Shown here piece by piece: positions 46,086-57,000 of a DNA stretch of 64,000 bases; the first letter of the stretch is position 1, and every line of letters begins with the position of its first letter. The stretch comes from Kiritimatiellia bacterium (GTDB lineage Bacteria; Verrucomicrobiota; Kiritimatiellia; RFP12; JBMNHG01): positions 231,167 to 295,166 of the forward strand of contig JBMNHG010000006.1 of NCBI GenBank assembly GCA_050950285.1, read 5' to 3'. A model generated the notes under the pieces. That model was not told the DNA's origin and did not search any database. It saw only the letters and a program-made list of their open reading frames with translations. Made by a program: the position numbers and the translations under genes.

Positions 46086-47807
46086 TCACGTGTAGCGCAG
46101 GATCTCGTCCACGGTGGTATAGCCGTCGAGGATGTTCCGGACACCGTCTTCGCGAAGGGTCTGCATGCCGAGTTCGCGGGCCTTCTCGCGGATCACCAGC
46201 GTGGGCTGGCGTTCGTTGATGAGGTTGCGGATGGGCTCGGACACGCGGAGATACTCGTAGATGCCCTTCCGCCCGCGGTAGCCGGTGGCGTTGCAGGTGG
46301 AACAGCCTCGTCCGTAGAAGAAGGGCCGGTCCCCGACGTCCGAAGCGGAGAGTTCGAGGCGGCGGAGGACGTCGTCGGTCGGCGGGTAGGACGTCTTGCA
46401 CTCCTTGCAGATGGTCCTCACGAGGCGCTGGCCCAGCACCGCTTCGAGGGTCGAGGAGATGAGGTAGGGGGCCACCTCCATGTCGATGAGACGGGTCACC
46501 GCGCCGGCGGCGTCGTTGGTGTGGAGGGTGGAGAAGACGAGGTGGCCGGTGAGCGAGGCTTCGACGGCCACCTCGGCGGTCTCGAGGTCTCGGATTTCGC
46601 CGATCATCAGGATGTCGGGGTCCTGGCGGAGGAAGGCGCGCAGCACCTTGGGGAAGGTGTTGCCGACCATCGGGTTCACGGGCACCTGCACGATGCCGTC
46701 GATGTCGTATTCGACGGGTTCTTCGGCGGTAATCAGCTTCTGGTCGATGGAGTTGACGCGCTTGAGGCAGGAGTAGAGCGTGGTGGTCTTTCCGGAGCCC
46801 GTGGGGCCGGTCACGATGATGATGCCGTTCGGCTTTTCGATGTCCATCGTGAGCAGGTCGAAGATGTTCTGCGGCATGCCGAGGTTCTCGAGGTCGAGCT
46901 GGACCACGCCCTGGTCCAGCACGCGGAGCACCACGCTTTCGCCGAACTGGGTGGGGAGGCAGGAGACACGGAGGTCGATCTGCCGGCCGGCCATGGTGAG
47001 CGAAATGCGTCCGTCCTGCGGCATGCGGCGTTCGGCGATGTTCAGGTTCGACATGACCTTCACGCGGGAGATGATCGCGAGCGCGAGGTGCTTGGGCGGG
47101 GACTGCAGTTCGTAGAGCGCGCCGTCCACGCGGTAGCGGATCCGGAAGTCCTTCTCGAAGGGCTCGAAGTGGATGTCCGAGGCACGGGCGGTGACGGCCT
47201 GGTAGAGCACGAGGTTCACGAAGCGGACGATGGCGGAGGAGTTCGCGGCGTCGAGCGCCTCCTGCTCGTTGAGGTCGCTGACTTCGCCGCGCTCCTTCTC
47301 GAAGATCGGTTCGAGGGTGTTGAGCATCTCGGCGACCGTTTCGCTGTCGTCGCCGTAGAACTCGGCCAGGCGGGCGTTCACATCCGACTCTCGGGCGATG
47401 GCGAAGGAGACGTCGCGGCTCAGCACGAACATCAATCCATCCTGCATCTGCGGTTCGACCACATTCGAGGTGGCGAGGGTGACGGCTCCGGGCGAGGCGG
47501 CCACGGGCACCACGTTGTACATGCGGGCGACGCCCGCCGGGATGGATCGGATGACCTCCTGGGGGATGTCGAGGGTGGAGAGGTCCACCACCTCGCAGCC
47601 CTGGTAGACGGCAATCATCCCAAGAAGGTCGTCCTCGGTGACGAACTCCTGTTCGATGAGGAGTGCGCGGATGGACTTTCCGCTGCGCCTATGCTCGTCA
47701 TGGAGCTCGTCGGCCTGGGCGGAGTCGAGGAGGCCTTCGGCGATGGCGAGGTCGAGCAACGGGTCGCGAACCTCGGGCGTGGAGAAGGGGGATTGGGTGT
47801 CGGCCAT
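46086..47807 (-). CDS. PilB/GspE-family secretion or pilus assembly ATPase
   Basis: ASDIHFEP, PQDGRI, GPTGSGKTT, LRQDPD.LMIGEIRD, STLHTND, tetra-Cys Zn motif. Confidence 0.93.
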   Translation of the reverse strand: MADTQSPFSTPEVRDPLLDLAIAEGLLDSAQADELHDEHRRSGKSIRALLIEQEFVTEDDLLGMIAVYQGCEVVDLSTLDIPQEVIRSIPAGVARMYNVVPVAASPGAVTLATSNVVEPQMQDGLMFVLSRDVSFAIARESDVNARLAEFYGDDSETVAEMLNTLEPIFEKERGEVSDLNEQEALDAANSSAIVRFVNLVLYQAVTARASDIHFEPFEKDFRIRYRVDGALYELQSPPKHLALAIISRVKVMSNLNIAERRMPQDGRISLTMAGRQIDLRVSCLPTQFGESVVLRVLDQGVVQLDLENLGMPQNIFDLLTMDIEKPNGIIIVTGPTGSGKTTTLYSCLKRVNSIDQKLITAEEPVEYDIDGIVQVPVNPMVGNTFPKVLRAFLRQDPDILMIGEIRDLETAEVAVEASLTGHLVFSTLHTNDAAGAVTRLIDMEVAPYLISSTLEAVLGQRLVRTICKECKTSYPPTDDVLRRLELSASDVGDRPFFYGRGCSTCNATGYRGRKGIYEYLRVSEPIRNLINERQPTLVIREKARELGMQTLREDGVRNILDGYTTVDEILRYT

Positions 47808-47842
47808 GGCGGAATCCTTTCCGAATAGAGGGCGGGCGGGGA

Positions 47843-48928
47843 CTAGCGCTGGCCCAGCTGTTCCTTGAGGCGCTGCACCACGGAGTCGGGGTCCTGGCTC
47901 TTGGTGATGAGGTCCTCGTAGCTGATCTTCCCGGACTGATAGAGTCCCAGAAGAGAGGCGTCGAGGGTGATCATGCCAAATTTCGCGCCGGTCTGGATGT
48001 CGGAGTTGATCTGGAAGGTCCTGTTGTCGCGGATGTGCGAGCGGATGCCCGGGGTGGCGATCATGATCTCGAAGGCGGCGATGCGGCCGGGCTTGTCGAT
48101 GCGCTTGAGCAGTTGCTGCGAGATGACCGCCACGAGGCCCACGGAGAGCTGCGTGCGCACCTGCTCCTGTTGGTCGGTGGGGAAGGCGTCCACGATGCGG
48201 TCCACCGTGGGGGCGGCGCCGGTAGTGTGGAGGGTGGCGAAGACGAGGTGGCCGGTTTCGGCGGCGGTGATGGCGGCCTGCATGGTCTCGAGGTCGCGCA
48301 TTTCGCCCACGAGAATCACATCCGGGTCTTGACGCAGCGCGCGGCGAAGCGCCTCGGCGAAACCCGGAACGTCAAGGCCGATTTCCCGCTGGGTCACCAG
48401 GCAACGCTTGTGCGGGTGGAAGTATTCGATGGGGTCTTCGACCGTGATGACGTGGACATCGCGCTCGCGGTTGATCACGTCGATCATGCTGGTGAGGGTG
48501 GTCGACTTGCCGCAACCGGTGGGACCGGTCACGAGGATGAGCCCGCGCGGACGGAAGAGGAGTTCTTTCACCTGTTCGGGGAGGCCGATCTGCGAAAGGG
48601 TGAGCAAGTCCTTGGGGATCAGGCGCATCGCGATGCCGTAGTTTCCGCGTTCGCGGAAGACGCTCACGCGGAAGCGGCCCTGGTCCTCGAAGGAGAGGCC
48701 GAAATCGGTGCCGCCGAACTGGTCGACCTGCGCGCGGTGCTCGGGCTTGGTGATTTCCTCGAAGAGCTGCTCCGTCTCCTCCGGCGTGGCGGCAGGCAGT
48801 TCCAGTTGCATGAGGGAGCCGTGGATGCGGAGCACCGGCGGGACACCCACGCGGACATGCAAGTCCGAGGCCCCTTCGGCGATGGTCAGCTGCATCAGAT
48901 CGTGCATCGTATAGGCGAGTTCGCTCAT
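47843..48928 (-). CDS. pilT: type IV pilus retraction ATPase
   Basis: ASDLH, GPTGCGKST, EDPIE, LRQDPDVILVGEMRD, AAETGHLV..TLHT; 361 aa. Confidence 0.93.
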   Translation of the reverse strand: MSELAYTMHDLMQLTIAEGASDLHVRVGVPPVLRIHGSLMQLELPAATPEETEQLFEEITKPEHRAQVDQFGGTDFGLSFEDQGRFRVSVFRERGNYGIAMRLIPKDLLTLSQIGLPEQVKELLFRPRGLILVTGPTGCGKSTTLTSMIDVINRERDVHVITVEDPIEYFHPHKRCLVTQREIGLDVPGFAEALRRALRQDPDVILVGEMRDLETMQAAITAAETGHLVFATLHTTGAAPTVDRIVDAFPTDQQEQVRTQLSVGLVAVISQQLLKRIDKPGRIAAFEIMIATPGIRSHIRDNRTFQINSDIQTGAKFGMITLDASLLGLYQSGKISYEDLITKSQDPDSVVQRLKEQLGQR

Positions 48929-48929
48929 C

Positions 48930-50642
48930 TCAGTCCTCGTCTCCCATGGTGGCGCGGAGGACCTCTTCCAGCGAGGTCACTCCGGAAACGGCTTTCAGGA
49001 GGCCGTCTTCGCGCAGGGTGCGCATGCCCATCGACCGGGCGTGGGCGCGGAGTTCGGTGGAAGGGGCCTGTTCGAAGATCATGTGCTGGATGGCGTCGTC
49101 CACCACGAAGATCTCGAAGATGCCCTTTCGGCCTTTGTATCCGGTGAGGCTGCAGACGGGGCATCCGCGGCCTTTGAAGAGTTCGGACTGCTCCATGTGC
49201 TGGGCGGCGTTGCCAAGCATCCGAAGCTCCCGGTCCGTCGGGCGGTAGGGTTCCTTGCACTCCGCGCAAATGGTGCGGATGAGGCGCTGGGCGAGCGCGG
49301 CGCGCACGGCCGAAGCCACGAGGAAGGGCTTCACGCCGATGTCGAGGAGTCGCGTGATGGCGCTCGGGGCGTCGTTGGTATGGAGAGTGGAGAAGACAAG
49401 GTGGCCGGTGAGGGCTGCTTCGAGGGCGATGTCGGCCGTTTCACGGTCGCGGATTTCGCCGATCATCACGATGTTGGGCGCCTGTCGCAGGATGGAGCGA
49501 AGCGCGGCGGAGAAGTCGAGGCCGACGTCGCGGTTCACCTGCACCTGGTTCACGCCGGCGAGCTGGTATTCCACCGGGTCTTCGACGGTGATGATCTTGC
49601 GGTCCGGCAGGTTGATCTGCATGAGGCAGGCGTAGAGCGTGGTGGTCTTGCCGGATCCCGTGGGGCCGGTCACCAGCACCACGCCGTCGGAGGAGTTGAT
49701 GAGCTGTTCGAACTTCTTCTGGTCGTCCAGCAGGAAGCCCAGCTCGGGGAGACCGAGGGACAGGCTCTTCTTGTCGAGGATACGCATCACGATCGATTCG
49801 CCGTGGTTGGTCGGCACGGAGGAGACGCGGAGGTCGATGTCGCGCCCGCCGACGTTCACCTGGATGCGGCCGTCCTGAGGGATGCGGCGCTCGGAAATCT
49901 TGAGGTTCGCCATGATCTTGACGCGCTGGATGATCGCGGCCTGCAGGCGCTTGGGCGGGGTTTCGGCCTCGAAAAGAGCGCCGTCCACGCGGTAGCGGAC
50001 ACGGAAGGTCTTCTCCATCGGCTCGAGGTGGATGTCGGATGCGCGACGCTTGAAGGCCTCGGCGATGATCAGGCTCACCAGGCGGATGACGGGCGCGTCG
50101 GCGTCGTCGTCGGAACTGCCGGCATCGGCGTCCGTGCGGGTCGCGATGTCCACGTCGCCGCCCATCTGGACGAGCACGGCCTCGAGGTCGGTTGCGCCCG
50201 GATAGAAGCGCTCCATGAGCCGATTGATCTCGGAACGCGACGTGACGATGCCGCTCACCGTGCGGCGGTGAAGGTACTGGAGACGGTCGATCGGCTCGAA
50301 GTTCATCGGGTCGGCGAGCGCCACGACGAGCGTCCCGTCTTCGGTTGTGTCGACGGGAACGACGCCGAACTTGTGGGCCTCCTCGTGGGGGATCTCCTTG
50401 CGGAGCATCTCCTTCTTCACCTCGTCGATGGCCTCGTTGAGGTTGGGGACGAACTCCATCCCGAATTCCTCGGAGAGATTCCGGAGGATCTCGTTCTCGT
50501 CCACCACGCCGCTCTTCACCAGCACGTCGACGGCGGTCTCGCCCTCCTGCTTGAGGGATATGACGGCGGCGTCCGCCTGCTCCGCAGTGACGAGCCCACG
50601 CTCCTGCAGCATCTGCAGCACATAGTCATCGTTGGAAGTCAT
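48930..50642 (-). CDS. PilB/GspE-family ATPase (second copy)
   Basis: ASDIHLEP, PQDGRI, GPTGSGKTT, EDPVEY, LRQAPN..MIGEIRD, tetra-Cys motif. Confidence 0.93.
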   Translation of the reverse strand: MTSNDDYVLQMLQERGLVTAEQADAAVISLKQEGETAVDVLVKSGVVDENEILRNLSEEFGMEFVPNLNEAIDEVKKEMLRKEIPHEEAHKFGVVPVDTTEDGTLVVALADPMNFEPIDRLQYLHRRTVSGIVTSRSEINRLMERFYPGATDLEAVLVQMGGDVDIATRTDADAGSSDDDADAPVIRLVSLIIAEAFKRRASDIHLEPMEKTFRVRYRVDGALFEAETPPKRLQAAIIQRVKIMANLKISERRIPQDGRIQVNVGGRDIDLRVSSVPTNHGESIVMRILDKKSLSLGLPELGFLLDDQKKFEQLINSSDGVVLVTGPTGSGKTTTLYACLMQINLPDRKIITVEDPVEYQLAGVNQVQVNRDVGLDFSAALRSILRQAPNIVMIGEIRDRETADIALEAALTGHLVFSTLHTNDAPSAITRLLDIGVKPFLVASAVRAALAQRLIRTICAECKEPYRPTDRELRMLGNAAQHMEQSELFKGRGCPVCSLTGYKGRKGIFEIFVVDDAIQHMIFEQAPSTELRAHARSMGMRTLREDGLLKAVSGVTSLEEVLRATMGDED

Positions 50643-50664
50643 CGGTGCTCTCTTTCCTAAGACA

Positions 50665-52095
50665 TCAGGGTTGCTCGGCCAGGCGTTTGGCCACGAGGGC
50701 GGCAACCTTGCGGGGGTCGGCCTTTCCGTTGCTCGACTTCATCACCTGGCCCACGAAGAAACCGGCGGCCGACTTCTTGCCGGCGCGGAAATCGGCCGCA
50801 GGGCCGGGGTTCCGCGCGATGGCCTCGTCGACCCACGCTTCGAGCGCGCCGTCGTCGGCGACGATCCCGAGGCCGCGTTCCTCCACGACCCGGGCAGGGT
50901 CCGTTATGGCGCCGGAGAGGACCTCCGGCAGCAGCTCCTTGAGGGTAGGGCCGGTGATGGTGCCGGCGACGGAGAGGTTCACCAGCCCGGAGAGGGCGGC
51001 CTCGGTGCCCGCCGCGAAGCCGTTGGCGTTGAACCAGCTCATCACGTCGCCCATGAAGACGTTGCAGAGGATCTTGGGATTCTTCGCGGTGGAGGCGGCA
51101 AGCTCGAAGTAGTCGGCGAGCGCCTTGTCCTGCACGAGGACCCCGGCGTCGTACCCGGTGAGGCCGTACTGCGCGGCCATGCGCTCGCGGCGCGCCGCGG
51201 GGAGCTCGGGAAGGGCCTTGCGCCACGCCTCGACCTGCGCCTCCTCGAGGAGCACGGGCAGAAGGTCGGGATCGGGGAAGTAGCGGTAGTCGTGGGCGTC
51301 TTCCTTGGTGCGCATGGAGAAGGTGGCGCCGCTCTCGGCGTCCCACCGTCGCGTCTCCTGCATCACGCGGCCGCCGCCGTCGAGGATCGCGGCCTGGCGG
51401 TCGATCTCGTAGCGCAGCGCGTCGCGCACGCCCTTGAAGGTGTTGAGGTTCTTGAGCTCGCTCTTGGTGCCGAGCGGCGCCTCTTCGGAGGCGCGCAGGC
51501 TCACGTTCACGTCGCAGCGGAGGTTGCCTTCCTCGAGGTTGCAGTCGCTCACGCCGAGGCACAACAGCGTCTCCTTGAGCACATGGAGGAAGTCGAAGGT
51601 CTCTTCGGGGGAACGCAGGTCGGGCTCGGTGACAATCTCCATGAGCGGCACGCCGGAGCGATTGAAATCGATCCCGCTACACCGGGCGTGGTGGATGTTT
51701 TTCGCGACGTCTTCCTCGAGGTGGATGCGCGCGAGGCGGATGCGGCGCGGCTCGGGGCGTCCCTCCCCGGCGGGAAGCGTGATCCCGCCGCCGAGGCAGA
51801 TCGGCTTGTCGTATTGCGAAATCTGGTAGTTCTTCGACACGTCCGGATAGAAGTAGCTCTTCCGGTCGAACTTGCTGGAGAGCTGCACGTCGCAGCCGAG
51901 CATCAATCCCGTCTGGGCCGTCATCCGGACCGCCGCGCCGTTGATGGTCGGCAGCGCGCCCGGATAGCCCAGGCACACGGGGCAGACGTGCGTGTTGGGC
52001 GCGTCGCCGTGCCTCACGGCGCAGGCGCAGAACATCTTCGATTCGGTCTTGAGCTGGACGTGGATCTCCAGCCCGATGGTTGCAAGCCAGCTCAC
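50665..52095 (-). CDS. gatB: Asp-tRNA(Asn)/Glu-tRNA(Gln) amidotransferase subunit B
   Basis: GTG start overlapping the gatA stop; IGLEIHVQL, RKSYFYPD, HLEED, DYRYFPDPDL, FFVGQVMK. Confidence 0.96.
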   Translation of the reverse strand: MSWLATIGLEIHVQLKTESKMFCACAVRHGDAPNTHVCPVCLGYPGALPTINGAAVRMTAQTGLMLGCDVQLSSKFDRKSYFYPDVSKNYQISQYDKPICLGGGITLPAGEGRPEPRRIRLARIHLEEDVAKNIHHARCSGIDFNRSGVPLMEIVTEPDLRSPEETFDFLHVLKETLLCLGVSDCNLEEGNLRCDVNVSLRASEEAPLGTKSELKNLNTFKGVRDALRYEIDRQAAILDGGGRVMQETRRWDAESGATFSMRTKEDAHDYRYFPDPDLLPVLLEEAQVEAWRKALPELPAARRERMAAQYGLTGYDAGVLVQDKALADYFELAASTAKNPKILCNVFMGDVMSWFNANGFAAGTEAALSGLVNLSVAGTITGPTLKELLPEVLSGAITDPARVVEERGLGIVADDGALEAWVDEAIARNPGPAADFRAGKKSAAGFFVGQVMKSSNGKADPRKVAALVAKRLAEQP

Positions 52096-53543
52096 CTGGA
52101 AGCCTCCTCGTATGCGTCGGCCACGCGAAGAATCGCCGGCTCCCCGAATGCGGGCCCCAGTATTTGCAGGCCCACCGGAAGCCCCGCCTCCGTCTTCCCG
52201 CATGGAACGCTCAGGCCGCACAGCCCGGCGAGGTTGGCGGTCGCCGTGAAGATGTTGGCGCGATACGCCTTCACGAGATCGTCCGTCCTGCCGCCAAGCG
52301 GCCACGCAGGCGTAGGGCTCACGGGCGTGAGAATCGCGTCGCAGGCGCGGAAGGCGTCCTCGAAGTCGCCTCGAATCAGGGTGCGCACCTTTTGGGCGCG
52401 CAGGTAGTAGGCGTCGTAGCAGCCGCTGCTCAGCACATGGGTGCCCAGGATGATGCGGCGTTTGACCTCGTCGCCGAAGAACTCCGAACGGGTGCGCGCG
52501 TACAGCTCGGCCGGCGACTCCGCATCCGCGGCGCGCCGCCCGTAGCGCACCCCGTCGAAACGCGCGAGGTTCGCGGAGGCCTCGGCCGAGGACAGCACGG
52601 AGTAGGCCGCCACCGCATATCCGGTGTGGGGCAGCGAGATCTCGACGACCTCCGCGCCCAGTCCCGCGCACGTCCCGGCCGCGGCCCGCACGGCCGCCGC
52701 CACCTCCGGATCGACCCCATCCCCGAAATACTCTTTCGGGAGGCCCAGCTTCAGCCCCTTCAGGTCGCGCGGTCCATTCTCCAGCAGCGCAAGGTAGTCC
52801 GGCACCTCGCGGTCGAGCGCCGTCGCATCGTGCCAATCCGCTCCGGCCATCGCCCCCAGAAGCAACGCGGCGTCCTTCACGTCTTTCGCGAGCGGTCCGA
52901 CCTGGTCGAACGACGACGCGCACGCCGCCACCCCATAGCGCGAGACGCGCCCATACGAGGGCTTCAACCCCACGCAGCCGCAGAAGGAGGCGGGCTGGCG
53001 GATCGACCCGCCCGTGTCGGAGCCGAGCGCGGCCAGCGCCGCGCCCCCGGCGACCGCCGCGGCGCTGCCGCTGCTCGATCCCCCCGGAACGTAGCCGGGC
53101 ATGGCGGGGTTGACGGTGGGACCGTGGCACGAACTCTCGGAGGAGGAGCCCATCGCGAACTCGTCCATGTTCGTGCGGCCCGTGAAAATCGCGCCCTGCC
53201 CGCGGAACTTCGCCGTCACCGTGGCGTCGTAGGGCGAACGATAGCCTTCGAGGATGCGCGAGCAGCAGCCGCAGGGCTGGCCCAGCACGCCGATGTTGTC
53301 TTTCACCGCGATCGGCACGCCCAGCAGCGAGCCGGGCGCCTTTGCGGCAAGGGCTTCGTCTGCGGCCCCGGCCTGCGCGAGGGCGGCCTCGGGGTCGAGG
53401 TGCACGTAGGCGTTCAGCTCCCGGCCCCGCGTGGAGGCCGCGTCAAGGACGGCGCGCACCAGTTCGGTGGAAGAGAGGTCGCCTGCACGGAGGGCGCGGG
53501 CGGCGCCGCGCACGGTCAGCGAAAGGGGGGAAGAGGCATCCAT
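52092..53543 (-). CDS. gatA: amidotransferase subunit A
   Basis: VKDNI, NMDEFAMGSS, PGGSSSGSA, GSDTGGSIRQPA, NLARFDGVRYG, EVKRRI. Confidence 0.96.
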   Translation of the reverse strand: MDASSPLSLTVRGAARALRAGDLSSTELVRAVLDAASTRGRELNAYVHLDPEAALAQAGAADEALAAKAPGSLLGVPIAVKDNIGVLGQPCGCCSRILEGYRSPYDATVTAKFRGQGAIFTGRTNMDEFAMGSSSESSCHGPTVNPAMPGYVPGGSSSGSAAAVAGGAALAALGSDTGGSIRQPASFCGCVGLKPSYGRVSRYGVAACASSFDQVGPLAKDVKDAALLLGAMAGADWHDATALDREVPDYLALLENGPRDLKGLKLGLPKEYFGDGVDPEVAAAVRAAAGTCAGLGAEVVEISLPHTGYAVAAYSVLSSAEASANLARFDGVRYGRRAADAESPAELYARTRSEFFGDEVKRRIILGTHVLSSGCYDAYYLRAQKVRTLIRGDFEDAFRACDAILTPVSPTPAWPLGGRTDDLVKAYRANIFTATANLAGLCGLSVPCGKTEAGLPVGLQILGPAFGEPAILRVADAYEEASR

Positions 53544-53549
53544 GGCGCG

Positions 53550-53840
53550 TCACTCCACGATCTTCGGAACCTGGAACTCGTCGCCGCGCCGCGCCGGGGC
53601 GTTCGAAAGCACGGTCTCGGTCTCCAGGCCTTTGCGCGGCGTGTCTTCGCGCAGCGTGCCGCAGGCCGGCTGTCCGTAGGTCGTAGGCGCGATTCCTTCC
53701 AAGTCCAATTCCCCCAGCTTGTCCACATGGGCCAGGACGGCGCCCAGCTGGCGCTGGAAGGTCGAGATTTCTTCGTCGGTCAGGGCGAGACGGGCCAGAT
53801 TGGCCACGTAGCCGACATCGATGGTTTGCGATGGTTGCAC
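53550..53840 (-). CDS. gatC: amidotransferase subunit C (GTG start assumed)
   Basis: VANLARL, LRED, LSNAP, FQVPKI; directly upstream of gatA. Confidence 0.92.
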   Translation of the reverse strand: MQPSQTIDVGYVANLARLALTDEEISTFQRQLGAVLAHVDKLGELDLEGIAPTTYGQPACGTLREDTPRKGLETETVLSNAPARRGDEFQVPKIVE

Positions 53841-54086
53841 GGGTTCACTTTCCGCCGACGCAACATGCCGGCTTGATTTTGGGACATGATACCGAATCCC
53901 GCGCATCAGGGCAACAAAAACGCGCAAGACCGCCGTCTGAAAGTTCCGAGACGGTTTGAATCCATGCCCGCCCCCGCCGGTGCCGCGACTGCGGACTCCG
54001 GGGAAAACGGGGCAGACCCGGATCCCGTCCCATCCAGCGCGGCCCCCTCCCGCGGCGCGCCGTTTTTTTTTGGAACTGGGGGGTGT

Positions 54087-57000
54087 CTACCTCAGCAGGA
54101 AGACGGTGCCAAATGCATGGAACTCGTAGCAACCCATGTCGGGCCTGCCGACAACGCGCTTGTTGCCGTCGAGGTCCGTCGCGCCGTCCATCCACGAAAG
54201 CAGCGTGCCGGAATTCACGCAGGGCGAGGACCGGACGGGGCGGCAGTCGGCGAAGTTGTAGTTCAAGCCGGGAGTGCCGCCGACATCCGCGAGGAGCGGG
54301 TCGCCCGAAAGCGCGTCGCCGTAGCCCGTGCCGACGAAGCAGTGGTCGACTGTCGTGCCGGTACTATTGCCCGTCCAGTTGTAGACGTCGGCGGCGGCAT
54401 CCGCGCGCGTGTTGCCGTAGAGGAGGCAGTTCGCCAGCGTCGAGTTGTTGAAGAAGTGGTAGAAACCGCCGCCTTCGCCGGAACCGCCATCGTGGTTGCC
54501 GACGATCGTACAGTTGTCGAGCGTGGCGCCGCCATAATAGGAGCTCACCCCGCCACCTCCTACGTGGCCTTCTCCTCCACCGCAGTCATTCGCGGCGATC
54601 AGGCAATTGCGAAGGACACCCGTCGTATGGAGGTAGACGCCGCCGCCAACGGCTGTCGCCGTATTGCGGACGATCGTGCAGTTTTCCGCGATCGCCGTGC
54701 TGTCTTGGGGGAACATCAGGCCGCCGCCGCCATTTGAACCGTTGTGTGCGGATTCCACATAGCAGTTGGAGACGATGCAGCCGCGAAGCGTGCCGGCATA
54801 CAGCATCGCGCCGCCGCCGCCGCCTCCTTGGACACGGCCGTTGACGAGCGACATGCCTTCGCAGACTGCATTTGCGTGGTTGATTTCAAGCACGCGCGTT
54901 GCATTGCCGCCATCGAGGAGGGTCGCTTCCGCGCCAGCGCCACGCAACGTGATTTCTTCTTCGAGAAGGATGGGCGACGAAATTGCATAGCGGCCGGCGG
55001 CCACGGAGATTTCACTGCCGACGCCGGCAACGGTCAATGCCGCGGCAACCGTCGAAGCGGCCTTTGCAGGCATGTCGTACGGGGCGACGCCGGCGCCGTC
55101 TGTCGCGACATACACAATGGCTGGCGATACCGTCACGCAATCGGCCACAACGGCGGCAGCCTCTGCGAAGGGCGAGGAATTCGTGACCACGAGCACTGGC
55201 GAGAAGACGCCCGCCTTAGTGTACACGTGCTTCGGGGTGGCGCAATCCGTACCGGACAAGTCGGTCGCACCGTCGCCGTCGAAGTCCCAGTAGTAGGCAA
55301 GGGAGTTGGTTGCCGTGCCGACGCACCGTGCCTCGAAGGAAACTTCCACCGGCACGATGGTGCGTGGCGTGTAGCTGGCGGTGTAGAAACACATGAGCGC
55401 TTCTTCCGCGACGCAGGCGTATGCGCCGATATCGGCGCGTCCGACGAGGGCGTCGATGCGCGGGTTGCCCGCGATGTCGGTCTCGCCTTCCATCCACGCG
55501 AGGTTCGCGCCGGCGAACGCGCATGCCGACTCGGGTTGCAGCGAATAGTCGCCGTTCGCGGCATCGGCGAAGACCGGGGCCTTCGTGATGCAATCGCTGC
55601 CGAGGGCCTGGGGCGTGCAGTTGAAGCCGGCCGAGACGGTACCCATGCGATTGTACCATTCGGGGCCTGTGCCGCAGTTTTGGACGGTATTCCCATAGAG
55701 GATCGAGTTCGTCACATACGAGACGCCGGAACTGTTGAAGAAATACAGGCCGCCGCCGCCGTCGTTGTCCGTCTCGGCGACATCGGTGTTGCCGACGATC
55801 GTGCAGTTCTCGATGATGCCGCCATTGAAAAGGTAGACGCCGCCACCGCCGAGGTGTCCCTGCCTGCCCGAGCAGTAGTTGTCCGTGATGAGGCACCCGC
55901 GCAGAGTCGCGGCGCCCTCGATGTATGCGCCGCCACCGGCGGAATAGGTGCCGGACGTGCGATTGCCGACGATGCGCGTGCGATAGACCAGGCCGTTTTT
56001 GGCGTAGATGCCCGTGCCGTGGGAACCGACGCCGTTGCAGGATGTGATGGTGCAGTCGCGAACGGTGCCATCGATGAGCTGGACGCCACAGCCCGTGTCC
56101 TGTTCCACCGAGGAGTACCCGTTCGAGATGACGAGCCCGTCGAGTACCGCCGAGGCATGCGACAGGGTCATGCAACGGCGGGCGCCCTGCCCGTCGAGCA
56201 CGGCGGGATTCGTCCTGTCGAGGCTGCGGATGGTCACGCCGAGCGAGACATGGACCGTCGCGTCGAGCGGATACACGCCGGAGTCCACGAGGATCACCAT
56301 GCCGTCCGCCGCCGCCGCGAGGGCGTTCGAAAGCGAATGGGTGGCCGTCTGAAGCGTGTCGTACGGCGGCGTCTCCGAACCGTCGGGCGAAACGTAAAGC
56401 GTATTGGGGGCGGCAACAACGCCGTTCGTGGCGACATATTCGCACCACTTGCCGGTTGCCGCGTTCTCGACGCGCAGGCGCGGCGAGAAGGTGCCGGGAA
56501 CCGTGTAGTTCCACTCCGCGGTGGACGACGCGCCTTCCGATTCGTAGCTGCCATCGTTGTTGAAATCCCAGCGGTAGGTCAGCTGCGCATGCCCGATATC
56601 CGCGACATCGACCCATGATCGGAACGAGACATCGAGCGGGACCATGCCGCGCCCGGGAGAGGCGGAGAATGCGCATTCGAAGTCTTCGACCGTGACCGTG
56701 AAAGCGCCAAGATCGGGATGGGTGGTTGTCGGGGCGATTCGCGGGAGTCCGTCCGCATCGCGCGCCGCGGCCATCCACGGCTGGAGCGAAGCGGTGCGGG
56801 CGCAGGGCGAACGGAACGGGAAATGGCAGTCGCCGGGATCGGCATTCAAGCCGCAACCCGAACCTGCGGAGACGAAAAGAGGATCGCCGGGAATCGCGTC
56901 GGTGCCAAGTGCCACAGGCACATTGTTGAACGAAGCGGCATACGTGCTGCCGGGATAGACGAACCAATCGTGGTTGTCGTTGGAGCCGGCGGCTTCGTTG

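Noticed and set aside
38186..46144. 2652-aa and 2614-aa overlapping ORFs suggesting giant proteins
   Set aside because: Each is one real gene (38186-44050 minus, 44210-46045 plus) extended through the antisense of the other.
53940..54075. Structured ncRNA or riboswitch upstream of gatC
   Set aside because: Only weak GC hairpins and a T-run on the strand opposite to transcription; no recognisable T-box or aptamer motifs.
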